Made by a program: the position numbers and the translations under genes | The notes under the pieces: generated by a model | The model's input: the letters and a program-made list of their open reading frames with translations, nothing else | The model's database searches: none | What the model was told of the DNA's origin: nothing | In this document: piece after piece, positions 15,130 through 15,814 of the stretch | How positions within the stretch are numbered: position 1 is the first letter of the stretch | How the letters are laid out: every line of letters begins with the position of its first letter | Source of the DNA: Campylobacterota bacterium | GTDB taxonomy: Bacteria > Campylobacterota > Campylobacteria > Campylobacterales > Arcobacteraceae | DNA: 15,814 nt | Assembly: GCA_051746405.1 (NCBI GenBank) | Contig: JBNJFB010000051.1 | Coordinates: 1 to 15,814 of the forward strand | Direction of reading: 5' to 3'

Positions 15130-15702
15130 ATGAAAAAAGGATTAGAAAAATTTTATGAATTAGTTGAAGCTTTTGAGTCTTTACCAACAATTGGTAAGAA
15201 GTCAGCTTTAAGACTTGCATACCATATAGTAATGAATGATAACTACTGTGGTATAAAAATTGCACATAGCATAGAAAATGCACTAAAAAATATTACAAGA
15301 TGTGTAAAATGTGGCTCTATGAGTGAACATGAAATATGTGAATACTGTCTTGATGAGAGTAGGGACAATAGAAAAGTATGTATTGTACAAAGTGCAAAAG
15401 ATATTTTCATAATTGAAGACTCCAAGCAGTTTGATGGTAAATATTTTGTAATTGAGGAGTTAGACCAAGAATCATTAGATGCATTAATATCTTTTGTTGA
15501 TGAAAATCAAGTTCAAATGGCACTTTTTGCAATAACCCCATCTATTGCAAATGATGCTTTTATTCTATTTATTGAAGATAGATTAAAAAATAGAGATATT
15601 AAGTTTTCAAAGATTGCTCAAGGGGTTCCAACCGGAGTTAGCTTAGAGAATGTTGATATTTTATCACTCTCAAAAGCTATTGAAAGTAAAGTAGAGATTT
15701 AA
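15130..15702 (+). CDS. recR: Recombination mediator RecR
   Basis: HhH motif LPTIGKKSALRLAYH, C4 zinc finger CVKC..CEYC, Toprim-like region and C-terminal IAQGVPTG. Confidence 0.96.
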   Translation: MKKGLEKFYELVEAFESLPTIGKKSALRLAYHIVMNDNYCGIKIAHSIENALKNITRCVKCGSMSEHEICEYCLDESRDNRKVCIVQSAKDIFIIEDSKQFDGKYFVIEELDQESLDALISFVDENQVQMALFAITPSIANDAFILFIEDRLKNRDIKFSKIAQGVPTGVSLENVDILSLSKAIESKVEI

Positions 15703-15715
15703 TTACTCTACATAC

Positions 15716-15814
15716 TTAAAACTTCTTGCTTTGAGCATCACTTACTAACAAATTAGCCATTTGTGATACCTCATTTGATATATTGGTAATCTGATTTGCT
15801 TCATTTGCATTCTC
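15716..15814 (-). CDS. 3' end of a methyl-accepting chemotaxis protein (partial, continues beyond the window)
   Basis: Not in the ORF track. The minus frame reads ENANEANQITNISNEVSQMANLLVSDAQSKKF*, stop at 15716-15718, resembling the C-terminal methylation helix of MCPs. Confidence 0.7.
   Translation of the reverse strand, partial: ENANEANQITNISNEVSQMANLLVSDAQSKKF

Noticed and set aside
15243..15425. 60-aa minus-strand ORF
   Set aside because: Antisense shadow inside recR.

Overview
Very AT-rich chromosomal window whose gene content and promoter style fit Campylobacterota, most likely Arcobacteraceae (inference). Almost all genes are on the minus strand. At the left edge, a probable IS21-family end (terminal CA at 97-98) cuts off the ATPase domain of an OmpR-type two-component sensor kinase. 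The centre is a tightly coupled 7-gene operon (8672->1796): FAD oxidoreductase, DUF1365, CFA-family methyltransferase, DUF3833 lipoprotein, pdxH, EAL phosphodiesterase and a PhrB/CryB-type photolyase lacking the Fe-S cysteines. The first three genes match the UfaD/UfaO/UfaM furan-fatty-acid gene set, so the operon looks like a photo-oxidative-stress module. Directly upstream is an unannotated, apparently self-contained 160-nt transcription unit (9034->8875) with an extended -10, a predicted three-way-junction fold starting at the expected +1, and an intrinsic terminator. This is the best candidate for something undescribed. The right half holds thiD, a hypothetical gene, a stand-alone trpB, an SBP/PAS sensor kinase, dnaJ, a leaderless recR and the 3' end of a chemotaxis receptor gene.
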